A stretch of 43,201 nucleotides of DNA from Parcubacteria group bacterium CG1_02_39_15 (GTDB lineage: Bacteria; Patescibacteriota; Minisyncoccia; Minisyncoccales; Paceibacteraceae), in the NCBI GenBank assembly GCA_001872265.1, contig MNWE01000046.1:1-43201 (forward strand). The letters are read 5' to 3'. A program made the position numbers and the translations under genes. This document shows positions 1-9,607 of the stretch, one piece after another. Position 1 is the first letter of the stretch. Each line of letters starts with the position of its first letter. The notes beneath the pieces were generated by a model. The model ran no database searches, was not told where the DNA came from, and saw only the letters and a list, made by a program, of their open reading frames with translations.

Positions 1-400
1 CCGTATCTTACATCCTTTTGAGGACTTGGAAGGTCGGGAATTTAAAGATTCAAACAACACTTCGGTTATTGTTAAACTGGTTTTTGGAGAGAATTCTTTT
101 TTGTTCACCGGCGACGCTTATAAATCAGCGGAAAAAGAACTTGTTAATGAGGGATTGGAGATTAGTTCAGACGTTTTGAAGATTGGTCATCATGGGAGTA
201 AGACATCAACCGCTCCAGAGTTTATTGAAAAAGTTTTGCCAGAAATTGCTGTGATCCAATGCGGGAAAGATAATTCTTATGGCCATCCTCATCCTGAAAC
301 CTTGGAAACTTTAGAGAAATATGGTATAAACATTTTAAGAACCGATCTTAATGGTGACATTAAAATTATATGCGATTCCCAATCTTTAAAAGTAAAGTAG
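1..400 (+). CDS. ComEC/Rec2-type metallo-beta-lactamase domain protein, C-terminal fragment (5' end outside window; frame opens at nt 2)
   Basis: ORF is open to the left edge. Motifs FTGDA, KIGHHGSKTS and YGHPHPETL are typical of the ComEC C-terminal MBL domain. Confidence 0.6.
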   Translation, partial: RILHPFEDLEGREFKDSNNTSVIVKLVFGENSFLFTGDAYKSAEKELVNEGLEISSDVLKIGHHGSKTSTAPEFIEKVLPEIAVIQCGKDNSYGHPHPETLETLEKYGINILRTDLNGDIKIICDSQSLKVK

Positions 401-426
401 AAGAAGCAACTCAAAGCTTTAATCTG

Positions 427-1455
427 ATGACGCCCGAGGGCAGGCAAGCTTATTTTGAAGCCAAGGCCGGTCCAGGAATAGAAAAATTGAGAGAATACTT
501 GAAAGAAAATACTTTTGTCGCTTATCTTTTAGGGAAGAAGAATTCTGGCAAGGGCACTTATTCTAAAATGTTTGCTGAAGTTATTGCTCCAAATAGAGTG
601 GAGCATTTTTCAATTGGAGATATGATTAGAGGAGTAGATGAGGAGCTGGCAGACCCGGGAAGAAAAAAAGAATTGATGAATTTTTTAGAAAAAGAATATC
701 GAGGCTGGGCTTCTTTACCAGAGATTACTTCTGCTTTAGAAAAAAGAAATACCCGAACCCTTTTGCCAACCGAGCTCATTTTGGCTCTAGTCAAAAGAGA
801 AATAGGCAGGAGAGAAAAGAAAGCCCTCTTCATCGACGGTTTTCCTCGAGGCATGGACCAAATTTCCTACTCCTTATTTTTTAGAGACTTGATTGGTTAT
901 AGGGAGGATCCTGATATTTTTATTTTGATTGACCTTCCGGAAGCGGTAATTGATGAAAGAATTAAATATCGAAGAGTTTGCCCTGAATGCCAAACTCCCC
1001 GGAATCTAAAGCTCCATACGACCAAAGAAGTCGGCTACGACGAAAAGAAAAAAGAATTTTATCTGATTTGCGATAACACCGGATGCCCCGCCTCGGCGGC
1101 CGGCGGGCAGGGAGCGAAAATGATTTCAAAAGAAGGAGACGAGTCAGGGATAAAACCAATAAGAGAAAGATTAGACATGGATGCAGAATTAATGCAAAAA
1201 GCCATATCTCTTCACGGGATTCCCAAAATTATTTTAAGAAATGCGGTTCCGGTGGAAGGGGCAGAAAAAATTGTTGACGATTATGAAATCACTCCGGAGT
1301 ATAGCTATGAGTGGGATGAAAAAAACAAAAAGGTAAAGGTAATTGAGAAGCCCTGGATAATCAAAGACGACGAAGGCGTCCCTTCCTATAGCTTATTGCC
1401 ACCGCCCGTTTTACTTTCTTTGATAAAACAAATGGTGGAAATTTTACATTTATAA
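427..1455 (+). CDS. Adenylate-kinase-family (NMP kinase-like) protein, long divergent paralog
   Basis: P-loop-like GKKNSGKGT, FIDGFPR motif and a LID-like cysteine cluster (CPEC...CDNTGC), plus a roughly 130-aa C-terminal extension. The alternative ATG at 370 would overlap the upstream CDS by 31 nt. Confidence 0.55.
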   Translation: MTPEGRQAYFEAKAGPGIEKLREYLKENTFVAYLLGKKNSGKGTYSKMFAEVIAPNRVEHFSIGDMIRGVDEELADPGRKKELMNFLEKEYRGWASLPEITSALEKRNTRTLLPTELILALVKREIGRREKKALFIDGFPRGMDQISYSLFFRDLIGYREDPDIFILIDLPEAVIDERIKYRRVCPECQTPRNLKLHTTKEVGYDEKKKEFYLICDNTGCPASAAGGQGAKMISKEGDESGIKPIRERLDMDAELMQKAISLHGIPKIILRNAVPVEGAEKIVDDYEITPEYSYEWDEKNKKVKVIEKPWIIKDDEGVPSYSLLPPPVLLSLIKQMVEILHL

Positions 1456-1458
1456 AAG

Positions 1459-1487
1459 TTGACAGAAGGGTTGCTGAATGAGAAAAT
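1459..1487 (+). promoter_or_regulatory. Sigma70-like promoter candidate (TTGACA-N17-GAAAAT)
   Basis: TTGACA at 1459-1464, a 17-nt spacer, then GAAAAT at 1482-1487. It lies directly upstream of a structured non-coding stretch. Confidence 0.3.
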
Positions 1488-1492
1488 AAAAT

Positions 1493-1700
1493 TGGCCCCG
1501 ACCCTCTAGTTAGATTCTGGGACAAACGTTCTTTTAGGGAGCCGGATATGTTTCTGGCCCTTGGGTCAGAACTTAGGCACCCACTTGGAATTTTTTCCGG
1601 AACGAACTTTCTAGAAGAAAACGGGGCCATCAACCCCGCCCTCTAAGCTCTTGGATTAAGGTTAATCAAAAACCCCGAGCGCATAGAGGGCGGGGTTTGT
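1493..1700 (+). ncRNA. Candidate structured small RNA of unknown class, a rod-like fold followed by a hairpin and T-tract
   Basis: GGCCCCG (1493-1499) pairs with CGGGGCC (1622-1628). Internal helices are UCUAG/CUAGA, UUCUGG/CCGGAA and GUUCU/AGAAC. The 3' hairpin CCCCGCCCUCU (1634-1644) / AGAGGGCGGGG (1686-1696) is followed by TTTGTTTG. No plausible ORF. Confidence 0.25.
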
Positions 1701-1703
1701 TTG

Positions 1704-1776
1704 TCGGGGCGACTGGAGTCGAACCAGCTATCACACGCTCCCCGAGCGTGCATGTTAACCGTTACACCACGCCCCG
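1704..1776 (-). tRNA. tRNA-Pro (anticodon read as GGG from the loop UCGGGGA; no encoded CCA)
   Basis: Manual cloverleaf: acceptor CGGGGCG/CGCCCCG, D stem GUGU/ACAU, anticodon stem CACGC/GCGUG, T arm GCUGG-UUCGACU-CCAGU, discriminator A. The CGGGG 5' end and G37 are typical of tRNA-Pro. Confidence 0.85.
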
Positions 1777-1796
1777 CAGTCCTGCCTACTGGCAGA

Positions 1797-1893
1797 AAAT
1801 TCCAAATTCCAAATTACAAATTCCAAACAAATTACGAATTCCAATTTTCAAAATTCAAAACCTATAATTTGGAATTTGGTGCTTGGGATTTGG
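1797..1893. repeat. CCAAATT-family palindromic intergenic element, copy 1 (short form)
   Basis: The left arm holds AAATTCC-type heptads and the right arm holds TTTGGAATTTGGTGCTTGG. The arms are mutually complementary. Confidence 0.85.
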
Positions 1894-2082
1894 TCATTTC
1901 GTCTTCGCAAGGCGTTTGATGCATTTGGTGCAAGCCAAAACCCTTTTACCCGAAGGTAATCGGGTCCACTGAAGATTGGGGTATTTTCTTTTTTTGCCGG
2001 TGGGATTATATTTTCCGCGAAGCTTGACTAACTTCCCGACCATCCCAGATTTTTTTCCGCAGATTGCACATTCTTTTGCCAT
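1894..2082 (-). CDS. rpmB: 50S ribosomal protein L28
   Basis: 62-aa basic protein, MAKECAICGKK...PNLQ, matching the L28 pattern. Confidence 0.8.
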   Translation of the reverse strand: MAKECAICGKKSGMVGKLVKLRGKYNPTGKKRKYPNLQWTRLPSGKRVLACTKCIKRLAKTK

Positions 2083-2157
2083 AATAGTATTATTTTACCA
2101 GAAGCATAACTTTTTACAAGTACCAAAGTGTTATATAATAGAACATATTGAAAATTT

Positions 2158-2766
2158 ATGGAATTCAAATTCTTTTTATATATTATTGTAGTAACTTCAG
2201 CCATCTTCCACGAATATTTCCATGGCTGGGCCGCTTTTCAGCTGGGAGACCCGACTGCTAAATATGCCGGCCGCTTAACCTTAAATCCTTTAAAACACAT
2301 TGATCCTATAGGCACAGTACTAATGCCGCTTTTTCTGTTGTTTTTCTTTGGCGGTTTTATCGGCTGGGCCAAGCCCGTGCCTTACAACCCCTACAATCTT
2401 CGAGATCAAAAACGCGGCGTTTCCAAAATAGCTATAGCTGGACCCGGAGCCAATTTTTTAATTGCTTTGATTTTTGGAATATTGTTGCGATTCGCTCCTT
2501 TGGGAGGATTTTTAATTATTGCTTTAACCTGGATAGTCTATGTTAATATTTTCCTGGGGTTATTTAATCTTATTCCCATTCCTCCCTTAGACGGCTCAAA
2601 ATTATTAATGGATTTTTTCCCTCAATCAAGAATCCTTCGAGTATTAGAGCAATCGCCCTTAAGTATTTTTTTAGCTATTGCCGTAGCCATAATGTTTTTG
2701 CCCTTTCTTTCTTCCCTGATTTATTATTCAATAGTAGGAAGTTCCTTTTTAGGCTTGACTTTTTAA
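2158..2766 (+). CDS. Site-2 protease family (peptidase M50) membrane metalloprotease
   Basis: HEYFH zinc motif, multiple TM segments and the NLIPIPPLDG motif. Confidence 0.8.
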   Translation: MEFKFFLYIIVVTSAIFHEYFHGWAAFQLGDPTAKYAGRLTLNPLKHIDPIGTVLMPLFLLFFFGGFIGWAKPVPYNPYNLRDQKRGVSKIAIAGPGANFLIALIFGILLRFAPLGGFLIIALTWIVYVNIFLGLFNLIPIPPLDGSKLLMDFFPQSRILRVLEQSPLSIFLAIAVAIMFLPFLSSLIYYSIVGSSFLGLTF

Positions 2767-2790
2767 AATTTTTTGCTAAGCTAAAAAATT

Positions 2791-3198
2791 ATGCCGACCA
2801 TCAGACAATTAATTAAAAAAGGGAGAAAGAAAAGAAAAAAGCTGCATAAAACGCCAGCTTTGCGTTTGGGATTTAATCCTTTGAAAAACAGGCCGATGAG
2901 ATTTTTCTCGCCGTTTAAAAAAGGAGTTTGTCTGAAAGTTTTTACCATAACTCCTAAAAAACCAAATTCGGCCTTAAGAAAAGTGGCCAGGATTAGATTG
3001 AGCAACGGCATGGAGGTAACGGCTTACATCCCCGGAGAGGGCCATAATTTACAAGAGCACTCAATAGTATTGATTCGGGGCGGCAGAGTTAAAGATCTGC
3101 CGGGCGTAAGATACCACATTGTTAGGGGGATTTTAGATACTGGTGGCGTTGAGGGGCGCAAGCAGGAAAGGTCAAAATACGGAGCCAAAAAAGAGTAA
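2791..3198 (+). CDS. rpsL: 30S ribosomal protein S12
   Basis: [19 protein letters not shown] and VRYHIVRG motifs. It sits at the head of the str cluster. Confidence 0.97.
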   Translation: MPTIRQLIKKGRKKRKKLHKTPALRLGFNPLKNRPMRFFSPFKKGVCLKVFTITPKKPNSALRKVARIRLSNGMEVTAYIPGEGHNLQEHSIVLIRGGRVKDLPGVRYHIVRGILDTGGVEGRKQERSKYGAKKE

Positions 3199-3319
3199 AT
3201 CCCAAATTACAAATCACAAATTCCAAACAAATTCCAAATTCCAATTTCCAAATTCTAAATAACCTATAGTTTGTGATTTGGTATTTGGTGCTTGGAATTT
3301 CTTTTGCGGAGCAAAAAGC
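3199..3319. repeat. CCAAATT-family palindromic element, copy 2 (short form), plus a terminal UUUUGC-GGA-GCAAAA hairpin
   Basis: Complementary arms. The last 40 nt are nearly identical to 17093-17132. Confidence 0.85.
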
Positions 3320-3321
3320 AT

Positions 3322-3786
3322 ATGGCTAGAAAAAAAGAAAAAAGAGAAATAATGCCTGATCTTGTCTATGGCAACGTTCTGGTCTCCAGGTTTATTAATC
3401 AGGTGATGAAAAAAGGCAAAAAGACTATCGCCAGCAAAATTGTTTATGGTGCTTTTAATATTATTAAAGAAAAAGAAAAGAAAGAACCTTTGGAAGTTTT
3501 CGAAGAAGCAATTAAAAACGTCAAACCATTAGTGGAGGTTCGGCCAAAGAGGGTTGGCGGAGCTACTTATCAAGTTCCCAGACCCGTACCTCCGGAAAGA
3601 TCAATTGCCTTGGCTATAAGATGGGTTTTAGGAGCGGTCCGCAGCAAAAAAGGAAAACCGACAAAAGAAAAATTAGCCGAAGAAATAATTTTAGCTTCCA
3701 AAAACGAAGGGTCAGCGATAAAGAAAAAAGAGAATACTCATCGAATGGCAGAAGCCAACAGAGCTTTCGCCCACTTCGCCTGGTAA
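3322..3786 (+). CDS. rpsG: 30S ribosomal protein S7
   Basis: The S7 sequence starts [18 protein letters not shown]. The ORF-track start at 3292 lies inside the repeat and looks spurious. Confidence 0.95.
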   Translation: MARKKEKREIMPDLVYGNVLVSRFINQVMKKGKKTIASKIVYGAFNIIKEKEKKEPLEVFEEAIKNVKPLVEVRPKRVGGATYQVPRPVPPERSIALAIRWVLGAVRSKKGKPTKEKLAEEIILASKNEGSAIKKKENTHRMAEANRAFAHFAW

Positions 3787-3789
3787 AAT

Positions 3790-3900
3790 TGAAACTGGGT
3801 TAGGGTTAAGAAACCGGTATGGAAGTTGGAAGTCGGTGAAAATTACTAACTTCCTAACCCCTAAACCAAACTGGCTTCTCAACCTTTTAACTAACTTCTT
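3790..3900. repeat. About 105-nt GTTAGG/CCTAAC element, copy A
   Basis: Its reverse complement aligns with 10394-10507, for example GAAGCCAGTTTGGTTTAGGGGTTAGGAAG and TTCCATACCGG..CTTAACC.TAACC. Confidence 0.8.
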
Positions 3901-6063
3901 ATGCCGCGTATTTATCCCATAGACAGAGTTCGTGATATCGGCATCATCGCTCACATTGATGCCGGTAAAACAACCGTTACTGAACGGGTGCTTTTTTATA
4001 CTGGAATTTCCCATAAAATTGGTGAAGTGCACGATGGCCAAGCCATCATGGATTGGATGGTTCAAGAAAGAGAAAGGGGCATCACCATTACGGCAGCCGC
4101 CACTACTTGTTATTGGTCACCGAGCTTCGGCGAAGCGGAAGCGAAGGTAAAGATGAGAATGGAGTCCTCATCGCTGCCGAGCAAGCTAAAAAGAGAAAAA
4201 GAAACAGAGCACCGAATAAACATTATTGATACTCCAGGCCACATTGATTTTACGGTGGAAGTGCAAAGGTCTCTGCGCGTTTTGGACGGAGCCGTGGTTG
4301 TTTTTGACGGGGTGGCCGGAGTAGAACCCCAATCTGAAACGGTTTGGCACCAGGCAGATAAATTTCATGTGCCCCGGATTTGTTTCATAAATAAATTAGA
4401 CAGAATGGGAGCTAACTTCGAAAAAAGTTTAGACTCAATTTGGAATAAATTATCGCCCCAGGCCGTAGCTCTTCAACTACCCATAGGAAGAGAAGAGCGT
4501 TTTGAAGGGACAATTGATTTATTAAAAATGAAAGCCTATAAATCTGAAGGAGATTTTGGCCAAATTATTGGAGAAGAAGAGGTGCCGGAAAATTTATTGG
4601 AAGAAGCTAAAACCTGGAGAAAAAAATTAGTAGAAAAAATTGCTGCTGAAGATGAAGCCTTGTTGGAAAAATATTTAGGCGGTGAAGATCCTTCTATTGA
4701 TGAATTGAGGGCAGTTTTAAGAAAAGCTACTATCAACTACAAACTAATCCCGGTTCTTTGCGGTTCAGCCCTGAAGAACAAAGGGATCCAGGCCTTATTG
4801 GACGCAGTTTGTTATTATCTGCCCAGCCCCGTTGATCTGCCGCCGGTTAAAGGCATTGATCCTAAAACGGGGGATAGCATTGAAAGAAAAGCTGATGATT
4901 CAGAGCCGTTTTGCGCTCTGGCTTTCAAAGTTGCCTCAGACCCTTATGTCGGCACTTTAACTTATTTCAGAATATATTCCGGGGCTTTGAAAAAAGGTTC
5001 TTATTTGCTTAACACCACCACTCAAGAGAAAGAAAGAATCGGTAGAATTTTAAGAATGCATGCTCAAGAGCGCGAAGAGGTAGAAGAAATTTTTACCGGC
5101 GATATTGCTGCTACCGTGGGTCTTAAAAACACCTCTACCGGCCATACCTTATGCGATGAAAATCACCCAATCGTTCTGGAAAAAATTACTTTCCCGGAGC
5201 CGGTCATTTCAATCAGAATTGAGCCTAAAACCAAAGCTGACCAAGAAAAGATGAGTTTGGCCTTAAAAAGATTAGCCGAAGAAGACCCAACTTTTAGGGT
5301 TAAAGGAGACCTGGAAACCGGAGAAACTATAATTTCTGGGATGGGAGAATTGCATTTAGATATTATTACTGATAGAATGCGAAGAGAATTTAAAGTTGAA
5401 GCTTCAGTTGGCAGGCCTCAAGTTGCTTATAAAGAAACAATTTTGGAAGAAGCCGAGGCTGAAGGAAAATATATCAGGCAGTCTGGAGGTAGAGGGCAAT
5501 ATGGTCATGTGTTCTTGAGAGTGGAGCCCAAAAGTCGTGGCGAAGGATTTGAATTTATAGATGAAATTAAAGGAGGAATTATTCCAAGAGAATTTATTCC
5601 GGCAGTAGAAAAGGGGATAAAGGAGGCCATAGAAAAAGGAGTGGTGGCGGGCTATCCCATGGTTGATTTAAGCTGCGCTTTGTATGACGGTTCTTATCAC
5701 GAAGTTGATTCTTCAGAAATAGCTTTTAAGATTGCTGGCTCCATGGCTTTTCAAGCGGCCTGTAAAAAAGCTAGGCCGGTTTTGTTAGAACCGGTTATGA
5801 AATTAGAAATTGTTGTGCCAGAAAGCTTTTTTGGCGACGTCATTGGAGATTTGTCTGCCAGACGAGGAAAAATTGAAGAAACTAAGGACAGGCTTCAATT
5901 AAAAGTCATTGACGCCAAGGTTCCTTTGGCAGAAATGTTTGGCTATGCTACTACCTTAAGATCCTTGACTGAAGGAAGAGGAACCTTTACAATGGAGTTT
6001 GACCATTACGCTGAGGTACCCCAAAATATTGCCCAAGAGATTACAGAAGGAAAGAGAAGGTAA
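3901..6063 (+). CDS. fusA: Elongation factor G
   Basis: [14 protein letters not shown] and NKLD G-motifs, with full-length EF-G domain order. Confidence 0.97.
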   Translation: MPRIYPIDRVRDIGIIAHIDAGKTTVTERVLFYTGISHKIGEVHDGQAIMDWMVQERERGITITAAATTCYWSPSFGEAEAKVKMRMESSSLPSKLKREKETEHRINIIDTPGHIDFTVEVQRSLRVLDGAVVVFDGVAGVEPQSETVWHQADKFHVPRICFINKLDRMGANFEKSLDSIWNKLSPQAVALQLPIGREERFEGTIDLLKMKAYKSEGDFGQIIGEEEVPENLLEEAKTWRKKLVEKIAAEDEALLEKYLGGEDPSIDELRAVLRKATINYKLIPVLCGSALKNKGIQALLDAVCYYLPSPVDLPPVKGIDPKTGDSIERKADDSEPFCALAFKVASDPYVGTLTYFRIYSGALKKGSYLLNTTTQEKERIGRILRMHAQEREEVEEIFTGDIAATVGLKNTSTGHTLCDENHPIVLEKITFPEPVISIRIEPKTKADQEKMSLALKRLAEEDPTFRVKGDLETGETIISGMGELHLDIITDRMRREFKVEASVGRPQVAYKETILEEAEAEGKYIRQSGGRGQYGHVFLRVEPKSRGEGFEFIDEIKGGIIPREFIPAVEKGIKEAIEKGVVAGYPMVDLSCALYDGSYHEVDSSEIAFKIAGSMAFQAACKKARPVLLEPVMKLEIVVPESFFGDVIGDLSARRGKIEETKDRLQLKVIDAKVPLAEMFGYATTLRSLTEGRGTFTMEFDHYAEVPQNIAQEITEGKRR

Positions 6064-6069
6064 TTCACA

Positions 6070-6097
6070 TTGACAATTCCTCAGAAATAAGTAATAT
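6070..6097 (+). promoter_or_regulatory. Sigma70-like promoter candidate upstream of tuf (TTGACA-N16-TAATAT)
   Basis: TTGACA at 6070-6075 and TAATAT at 6092-6097. Confidence 0.4.
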
Positions 6098-6112
6098 AGT
6101 AACATAACCTTA

Positions 6113-6246
6113 AAAATTCCAAATCACAAATTCCAAATTCCAAACAAATTCCAAATTCCAATTTCCGAAATTCTAAACAGTTTTGGTCATTGGAATTTCG
6201 GTCATTGGATATTGTTTGTAATTTGGTGCTTGGAGCTTGGAATTTA
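6113..6246. repeat. CCAAATT-family palindromic element, copy 3 (long form)
   Basis: The left arm has CCAAAT words. The right arm is TTGGTCATTGGAATTTCGGTCATTGGATATTGTTTGTAATTTGGTGCTTGG. Confidence 0.9.
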
Positions 6247-6253
6247 AAATAAT

Positions 6254-7453
6254 ATGGCGGAAAAAGAAAAATTTGTCAGGGGAAAACCCCATCTTAATAT
6301 TGGCACCATTGGTCACGTTGACCATGGAAAGACTACTTTAACTGCGGCTCTTTTGCATGTGCTGAAGTTGAAAGGATTGAAGGCCCAAGAGAAAACAGTA
6401 GACCAGATTGATGCTGCTCCAGAAGAAAAAGCCAGAGGCTTAACTATTTCTATTTCTCATCTGGAGTATGAAACAGAAAAAAGACACTATGCCCATATTG
6501 ACTGTCCCGGCCACGCTGATTACATCAAAAATATGATCACTGGAGCTGCTCAGATGGATGGCGCAATTTTGGTAGTGTCAGCCCCCGATGGTCCAATGCC
6601 TCAAACCAGAGAGCATATTTTATTGGCTCGTCAAGTTGGCTTACCCGCAATCGTTGTCTTTTTGAACAAATGCGACGCAGTTGATGACCCAGAAATTATT
6701 ACTTTAGTTGAAAGCGAAGTCCGGGAGCTCTTAAAAAAATATGAATTTCCTGGCGACACAACCCCAATCATTAAAGGCTCAGCTCTAAAAGCCTTAGACG
6801 CTAAATCTCCTGATGACGAAGTGGCGAAGCCAATTTTAGAATTAGTGAAAGCGATTGATGAGTTTATTCCTGAACCTGCTCGAGAAATAGATAAGCCATT
6901 TTTAATGGCGATTGAGGACGTTTTCTCAATTGCTGGCCGGGGAACAGTGGCTACCGGCAGGATTGAAAGAGGCGTTGTTAAGCCGAATGAAGAAGTAGAA
7001 TTGGTTGGTATAAAACCAACTAGCAAAACTATTGCTGTCAGCATCGAAATGTTCAATAAAATGCTGGATGAAGGAAGAGCTGGCGATAACGTTGGTATTT
7101 TGCTTAGGGGATTAAAAAAAGAGGATGTGGAAAGGGGCCAAGTGTTAGCTAAGCCGGCAAGCATCACTCCTCATACCGAATTTGAGGCAGAGGTTTACGT
7201 TTTAACTCAAGAAGAAGGTGGAAGACATACGCCCTTTTTTGCCGGTTACAAGCCTCAGTTTTATTTTCGAACCACCGACGTTACCGGAGATGTTACTTTG
7301 CCCGAAGGAACTGAAATGGTGATGCCGGGCGATACGGTTAATTTAAAAATCAAACTTTTAGCTCCAATCGCCATGGAAGAAAAACAAAGATTTGCCATCA
7401 GGGAAGGAGGGAAAACAGTTGGAGCCGGAGTTGTTATTAAAGTCATAAAATAA
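6254..7453 (+). CDS. tuf: Elongation factor Tu
   Basis: [14 protein letters not shown] and NKCD motifs. Full-length EF-Tu. Confidence 0.98.
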   Translation: MAEKEKFVRGKPHLNIGTIGHVDHGKTTLTAALLHVLKLKGLKAQEKTVDQIDAAPEEKARGLTISISHLEYETEKRHYAHIDCPGHADYIKNMITGAAQMDGAILVVSAPDGPMPQTREHILLARQVGLPAIVVFLNKCDAVDDPEIITLVESEVRELLKKYEFPGDTTPIIKGSALKALDAKSPDDEVAKPILELVKAIDEFIPEPAREIDKPFLMAIEDVFSIAGRGTVATGRIERGVVKPNEEVELVGIKPTSKTIAVSIEMFNKMLDEGRAGDNVGILLRGLKKEDVERGQVLAKPASITPHTEFEAEVYVLTQEEGGRHTPFFAGYKPQFYFRTTDVTGDVTLPEGTEMVMPGDTVNLKIKLLAPIAMEEKQRFAIREGGKTVGAGVVIKVIK

Positions 7454-7475
7454 AATTAATGTTGTAAACTAAAGA

Positions 7476-7817
7476 ATGGCGAGGAAGAAAGCTACAGCAG
7501 TCGAAGAGGAAATTAAGCCGAAACTTAGAATCAAGCTGCGGGCTTATGATCATAAAGTGATTGACAATAGTGCTCGACAAATTATTGAGACAGCTTTGCG
7601 CTATGGTGCAGAAATTTCAGGTCCCGTTCCTTTACCAACCGAAATTCAAAAATATACCGTGAACAGGTCTTCGTTTATTCATAAAGATGCCCGGGAACAG
7701 TTTGAGATGAGAGTCCATAAAAGATTGATAGACATTTTGAGTCCGAACCAAAAGGTAATAGATGCCCTGATAAACCTTACTTTGCCGGCTGGAGTTGATA
7801 TTGAGATTAAAATGTGA
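7476..7817 (+). CDS. rpsJ: 30S ribosomal protein S10
   Basis: [14 protein letters not shown]...SGPVPLPT. Confidence 0.96.
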   Translation: MARKKATAVEEEIKPKLRIKLRAYDHKVIDNSARQIIETALRYGAEISGPVPLPTEIQKYTVNRSSFIHKDAREQFEMRVHKRLIDILSPNQKVIDALINLTLPAGVDIEIKM

Positions 7818-7839
7818 ATAAGATTATATTTTGATAGCG

Positions 7840-7918
7840 CGAGCAAAGATCGGGCTGTGCCCGATTTTCTATTAATCCGTGTTCATCTGTATTCACATCT
7901 GTGTGAATCTGTGTAAAA
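7840..7918. repeat. CACAGAT/ATCTGTG-family element, copy a, preceded by the hairpin ATCGGGC-TGT-GCCCGAT
   Basis: The words ATCCGTGTT, CATCTGTATT, CACATCTGTGTG and AATCTGTGTA sit directly upstream of rplC. Confidence 0.7.
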
Positions 7919-7919
7919 A

Positions 7920-8546
7920 ATGAAGTTTATTTTAGGCCAAAAATTAGGCATGTCACAGATTTTTGATGAAAAAGGAAACGCAGTTTCAGTTACTTTGATT
8001 GAGGCCGGGCCCTGTAAGGTTACTCAGATTAAGACTAAAGAAAAAGATGATTATCAGGCTGTCCAGATAGGATTTACTCCGAAAACAAAAAAAACCCTTC
8101 GGCAAGCTCAGGGTGGTGAGTCACGTCGAACCATAAAGAAAACTGAAAAAGGCAAAGAATTCAAATATTTAAGAGAGTTTCAGAATGGCGACCACAAAGT
8201 CGGGGACGAAATTAGCGCCTCGATTTTTCAGGAAGGAGACAAGGTAAAAATTTCCGGCACTTCCAAAGGAAAAGGATTTGCTGGAGCAGTAAAGCGATGG
8301 GGATTCAAGGGAAGATTGTCGGCCACTCACGGTACTAAGCACGAACTTCGCACTTTGGGTTCGGTGGGAACCTCCTTTCCCGAGAGGGTGATAAAGGGCA
8401 AAAAAATGTCAGGTCGCATGGGTTCAGAAAGGGTAACGATTAAAAATTTAAAAGTAGTAAAGGTTGATTCTGAAAATAATATTCTTGCCGTGGCAGGTGC
8501 CATTCCTGGCAGCAAAGGGACATTGCTTGAAATTTCTAATTCCTAA
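7920..8546 (+). CDS. rplC: 50S ribosomal protein L3
   Basis: GQKLGMSQIFDEKGN...GKGFAGAVKRWGF. Confidence 0.96.
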   Translation: MKFILGQKLGMSQIFDEKGNAVSVTLIEAGPCKVTQIKTKEKDDYQAVQIGFTPKTKKTLRQAQGGESRRTIKKTEKGKEFKYLREFQNGDHKVGDEISASIFQEGDKVKISGTSKGKGFAGAVKRWGFKGRLSATHGTKHELRTLGSVGTSFPERVIKGKKMSGRMGSERVTIKNLKVVKVDSENNILAVAGAIPGSKGTLLEISNS

Positions 8547-8563
8547 TTTCTAATATCTAATTT

Positions 8564-9208
8564 ATGAAAGTTTCTGTATACAGCCAAAAAGGAGAAAAAA
8601 TAAGCGAGACTTTGTTGCCAAAGGAGATTTTTGATGTAAAACTCAGCCCGGATTTAGTTCACCAGGTAGTTACCGTTCAGGCAGCTAATCGTCGACAAAC
8701 TTTGGCTCATACTAAAGACAGGGGAGAGGTTTCGGGCGGAGGGCGAAAGCCCTGGCGTCAAAAGGGGACGGGCAGGGCCAGGCACGGTTCAATTCGTTCT
8801 CCTTTGTGGAAAGGAGGCGGCGTGACTTTTGGTCCAAGAAAGGAAAAAGTTTTTAAGAAAAAAATTAACAAAAAAATGAAACGAGAAGCTTTGTTTATGG
8901 TCTTATCTGCCAAAGTAAAAAGCAATTTATTAATAATTTTTGATGAAATTAATCTTGAGACGCCTAAAACCAAATCTTTAGCTGAAATAATCAAAAATTG
9001 GAAATTAAAAATTAAAGATCTTAAAGAAGGTTCTATCTTGATGGCTTTGCCAAAAGCCGAAAAAAATTTGATTGTGGCTGCTAGAAATATCCCAAAAATT
9101 AATACCGTTGAAGCAAGAAACCTAAACGTTCTAGACCTGCTTTCTTTCAAATATTTAATAATGCCGAAGGAAACAATAAAAACAATAAAAGAAACCTTCT
9201 TAAAATAG
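8564..9208 (+). CDS. rplD: 50S ribosomal protein L4
   Basis: GGGRKPWRQKGTGRARHGSIRSPLWKGGG. Confidence 0.96.
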   Translation: MKVSVYSQKGEKISETLLPKEIFDVKLSPDLVHQVVTVQAANRRQTLAHTKDRGEVSGGGRKPWRQKGTGRARHGSIRSPLWKGGGVTFGPRKEKVFKKKINKKMKREALFMVLSAKVKSNLLIIFDEINLETPKTKSLAEIIKNWKLKIKDLKEGSILMALPKAEKNLIVAARNIPKINTVEARNLNVLDLLSFKYLIMPKETIKTIKETFLK

Positions 9209-9209
9209 C

Positions 9210-9590
9210 ATGGCATTGTTTAATGTTTTCAAAAAAAAGGAGAAGGAGGAGGTTAAAGTTGAAAAACCTTTAGAAGCGCCGATCAAAAAAGCGAAAGAAA
9301 GAAAATTTTTCGAAACATATAAAGTTTTGAAAACGCCCCATGTTACGGAGAAAGCATCCGATTTAGTTGGAAAAAATCAATATGTCTTTAAGATTGGGCC
9401 CCAGGCAAATAAAATAGAGATTAAGAAGGCAGTCGAAAGCTTATACGGGGTAGATGTAATTTCTGTTAAAATTATCAAAGCTCGGCCCAAAAGAAGAAAA
9501 TTAGGAAAGGTAAAAGGATGGAGGGCGGGATATAAAAAAGCTATTGTTAAAATCAAAGGAGGACAGAAGATTGAGGTGCTACCTCGATAA
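9210..9590 (+). CDS. rplW: 50S ribosomal protein L23 (with an N-terminal K/E-rich extension)
   Basis: PHVTEKAS...YVFKIGPQANKIEIKKAVE. Confidence 0.93.
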   Translation: MALFNVFKKKEKEEVKVEKPLEAPIKKAKERKFFETYKVLKTPHVTEKASDLVGKNQYVFKIGPQANKIEIKKAVESLYGVDVISVKIIKARPKRRKLGKVKGWRAGYKKAIVKIKGGQKIEVLPR

Positions 9591-9607
9591 TCTCTAAACA
9601 AATTCCA

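Noticed and set aside
1493-1633. SRP (4.5S) RNA or RNase P RNA.
   Set aside because: No GGAA-capped helix 8 with the flanking AGCA/GGUCA loops in the proper register. No GAGGAAAGUCC or ACAGAA...GGCUUA RNase P motifs. It is kept only as an unclassified sRNA candidate.
1701-1919. 72-aa ORF on the + strand.
   Set aside because: It is antisense to tRNA-Pro and runs through repeat copy 1, giving low-complexity translation. Not coding.
3292-3321. N-terminal extensions MEFLLRSK... on rpsG (3292) and secY (17107), MEFWLLVLV... on rplF (14975), MSVAFGDC... on rpsM (26573), MENPAWRK... on rpoA (28188) and MKVPLLKV... on tpiA (21673).
   Set aside because: The extensions lie inside the palindromic repeat elements or the preceding gene. 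They are identical between unrelated genes only because the repeat is identical. In each case a canonical conserved N-terminus starts at an internal ATG.
6631-7167. Antisense ORFs inside highly conserved genes. Examples: 6631-7167 in tuf, 3712-4065 and 4536-4736 in fusA, 8758-9216 in rplD, 12686-13051 across rpsQ/rplN, 13262-13645 in rplX, 23273-23626 in alaS, 36736-37197 in frr.
   Set aside because: These are shadow ORFs opposite strongly supported CDSs in AT-rich DNA. Their composition is typical of antisense translation and they show no recognisable motifs.
8083-8140. Possible repeat-derived insertion in L3 (TLRQAQGGESRRT, encoded by a GC-rich CCCTTCGG... stretch).
   Set aside because: The segment between the GF and LREF landmarks is about the same length as in L3 sequences I recall. 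There is therefore no clear insertion, only a divergent loop. The repeat origin is not supportable by eye.
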